Part shown: positions 61,488-64,000 of the stretch, piece after piece
Numbering within the stretch: the stretch's first letter is position 1
Layout of the letters: every line of letters begins with the position of its first letter
Origin: Zancudomyces culisetae HAW-14-8
Taxonomy: Eukaryota > Fungi > Kickxellomycota
Assembly: GCA_052426225.1 (NCBI GenBank)
Contig: JBNJNM010000006.1
Location: 1,488,001-1,552,000 of the forward strand
Direction: 5' to 3'
DNA: 64,000 nucleotides
The notes under the pieces: model-generated
Told to the model about the DNA's origin: nothing
Seen by the model: only the letters and a program-made list of their open reading frames with translations
The model's database searches: none
Translations under genes and position numbers: made by a program

Positions 61488-61960
61488 GCGAGCGAATCAA
61501 GTGCGTTTCAGGGGCTAATAAATCATCCAATGAAACCATAACGAAACTAATATAGTGCAGTATAACGGCTACATACTTTTAGCTAGCGAATCAATTGCGA
61601 TTCCTTAGCAGATTAAACTACCAATGAGAGCAAGCGGAATATATAGCATAAACGATCTGAGATAGTAAAGTGAATAACAAAGTGAAAATACGAGAGTGGA
61701 CAACGAAAATAGCATCTTTGGCCTTTCTTAACAGAAAATACTTTGCATATACGGCTTTAACTCTTATTAATAGCAAATAGCACTTGATACTGATATAGTT
61801 TACTTAGTGTTATAATAATAATATAACAATAATAAAAGATATTAAAAACATTCGAAATACGGTAATCAGAACCAGTAAAGTGATCCGCGACCTGAGTATA
61901 ACTGACATCCCAATGCTATACAAAACTCAGCCATCACATTAGCTGAAAAAATATATCAGA
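61488..61960. repeat. Inverted copy of the ~400-bp repeat plus a partial tandem end
   Basis: e.g. aagtgatccgcgacctgagtataactgacat (61878-61908) versus atgtcggttatactcaggtctcggatcactt (53281-53311). Confidence 0.75.
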
Positions 61961-63281
61961 TAAATTATAATATCTACAATTATTACAATAGGAAATTATT
62001 ATTTGGAAAGTAGGACATTAGATTGACCAACTTAATATAAAAGTAAGTAGGAAATGAGTTATAGAAAAAAACAGTCATTCTTAATTGAATATAATATTAT
62101 GGCACTTGTTCTATATGCATAGGTTTTACTTGTGGTTCTTAGTTTATCATAATTTAATAGCGTATATTATTTTTAAATCGATTATAAAAGGTCTGGATAA
62201 ACGAAAATAATAGGTGATCCTGACCTGATATAATTGAGACATCAGTGCTGTTCCAACATAACTACTTCAATTGTAGTAATCTTACCAAATATAAGCAAGT
62301 CAATAATATTCAAATATTACCCTACCAATTCCTATCTTCATTCGTTTTTAATTCGAATATATATTACTTTTGTGACTGATACTTATTATATGGTTATAAA
62401 CTTACAAACCTTTCTTAGGCGTCTGTTCCCAATACTATAACTCTTTGCATTAAAAGTCGTTTGAATTGTATCTTAGATTTTTTTCTTTTTGTTTAAGAAT
62501 GTATGTTTAAATGAACCTTTACTAAATATTCAAAACCTTTAATTTGTAATTAAGCATAAATATTTTTCCTCCCTAATTTACCTATTAGTAAAAACTTTAT
62601 TAATCTATAGTTTTTAAAGTATCATTATAATTCGATTGTTCTGAGGTTAAGATTATGTGCCAGTATTAACTTTTTACTGTTTTATCTCTCACATTCTATA
62701 ATTAGATAACTGGTTTACCTATATATATTTAACAGCAAATTTAGTAAAAAATCCTTTATAATTCAAATTCCCAATCTCCCTCCATACCTTAAAGAATTTC
62801 ATGCCCATCGAGCGTTACCTCAAAGTTGTCTAACATTCTACTTATTTTTATATACTATATACAGCCCCCATTTTCGCAAATTGGTAGCTAGTATTCAGGA
62901 ATATGTTATGGTTGTTGTGGGTATTTATTTCCATGCTTAGAGTTAAATATCCGGAAGGCTGGGACAAGGCTTCATTCACCCCAACTAAGATGCATTAACA
63001 CGTCATTCAAATCAAGATTTAAGAACGAGTAGTCAAAGTAACATAATGTTCAAACTAGTTCCATTAGAGTAAAAACACTAATGACCCATCTCATCGAAAT
63101 TATACAACCATACTTAGGAATGGTTTATATTTCTGTAGTTTCCAGATTTTTAATGGTATAAATAACACTTAGTTTATTGGGTTTATATTTGGTAATATAA
63201 AGAGCGAAATACAAAAACAGAAAATATTACTATAGATATCAGATTAAAAACTCATTTTCAGAGTATAAGGGTACGCGAAAG

Positions 63282-64000
63282 TTATATCATTGGTTTTTTA
63301 GAATCTGAAGATAAGCGTGTGACATCAGAAAGCGAATTCAAAGCAGTTACTGAAGGAACAGATTGAAAATCTGCTGCGTTACTGGTAGAAGAAAAGCCAA
63401 CAGTAGCGCTAGAAGAGTCAGAAGTCTTTGTCGTCGAGTTGTTTATTGCCGAAAAGTGACCGACGCCACTAGTGGTTTCGTCAGATTGAACGGAAGCGGG
63501 AACAGATGGAGATTCATAGGTTGGCTCGGTAGTATCAATAAGAAGCTGTTTATCGGATTTATATAACATCTGGGTTAGCATGCTCAGTTCTTCGGCTGAA
63601 TGCGAGCCTACAGTGAGATTTTCTTGTTGAGTTGAAGAAGGGGGCTCGTTGGAATTGGCCTGCTCATCAGAAAGATGGTATCTGATATTGTTGTCATATT
63701 CAATCAAATCGGCAATATCTTCATCACCAGATACAAAGTACTCAAAGGAAGATGCGGAGAATACTAGCCAAGGCATGGTATCCGAGCTCGTTAGCCTGTA
63801 GTGAGCTTCTGGCAAAGACTTTGTTCTAAACTGAACAACTCTCTTTTTGGTGAGCTCTTGTAAGACCTTGAAGTAGGTAATTGACACGGGATAATATTTT
63901 CCTTGTGCGCTAAATACGTCTGTAATTACTTGGAGATTCTTCTTGAAACTGCTGGCTAGCGGATGGTCGTGCAAAGATTGACAGTTCACGAGAATAGTAC
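63282..64000 (-). CDS. 3' part of a gene entering from the right edge; possibly the C-terminus of a fungal transcription factor
   Basis: Open frame of >235 codons to the window end, helical segment followed by a Ser-rich tail; family not securely recognised. Confidence 0.5.
   Translation of the reverse strand, partial: TILVNCQSLHDHPLASSFKKNLQVITDVFSAQGKYYPVSITYFKVLQELTKKRVVQFRTKSLPEAHYRLTSSDTMPWLVFSASSFEYFVSGDEDIADLIEYDNNIRYHLSDEQANSNEPPSSTQQENLTVGSHSAEELSMLTQMLYKSDKQLLIDTTEPTYESPSVPASVQSDETTSGVGHFSAINNSTTKTSDSSSATVGFSSTSNAADFQSVPSVTALNSLSDVTRLSSDSKKPMI

Overview
Eukaryotic, AT-rich fungal DNA. An early-diverging lineage such as Kickxellomycotina/Harpellales is plausible but is inference only. 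The window has two compartments. (1) 1-41.2 kb: a gene-dense ~33-kb block of conserved genes (TRA1/TRRAP, SCS7-type fatty acid hydroxylase, CDC24, an intron-split TRAPPC2L/TCA17 missed by the ORF track, a CLC chloride transporter, a WD40 protein, an Est1/SMG-like protein, MED27). It is bracketed by a near-identical long inverted repeat carrying the promoter and 5' end of a short-chain dehydrogenase gene. The left arm is interrupted by a young Ty3/gypsy element (identical LTRs, 4-bp TSD, -1 frameshift signal), and the right arm keeps the empty site. The block shows strong purine/pyrimidine strand-skew domains that flip in the middle of coding sequences. (2) 42-64 kb: a gene-poor, very AT-rich tract with a secreted Gly-rich protein, stacked solo LTRs, a second Ty3/gypsy element inserted 8 bp upstream of tRNA-Val(AAC), tRNA-Ile(AAT), a ~400-bp repeat family just downstream of both tRNAs, and a frameshifted beta-trefoil-like orphan gene. 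The strongest candidates for undescribed biology are tRNA-targeted integration on both sides of tRNA genes, an inversion-competent gene block, and position-dependent strand skew that reshapes protein composition.
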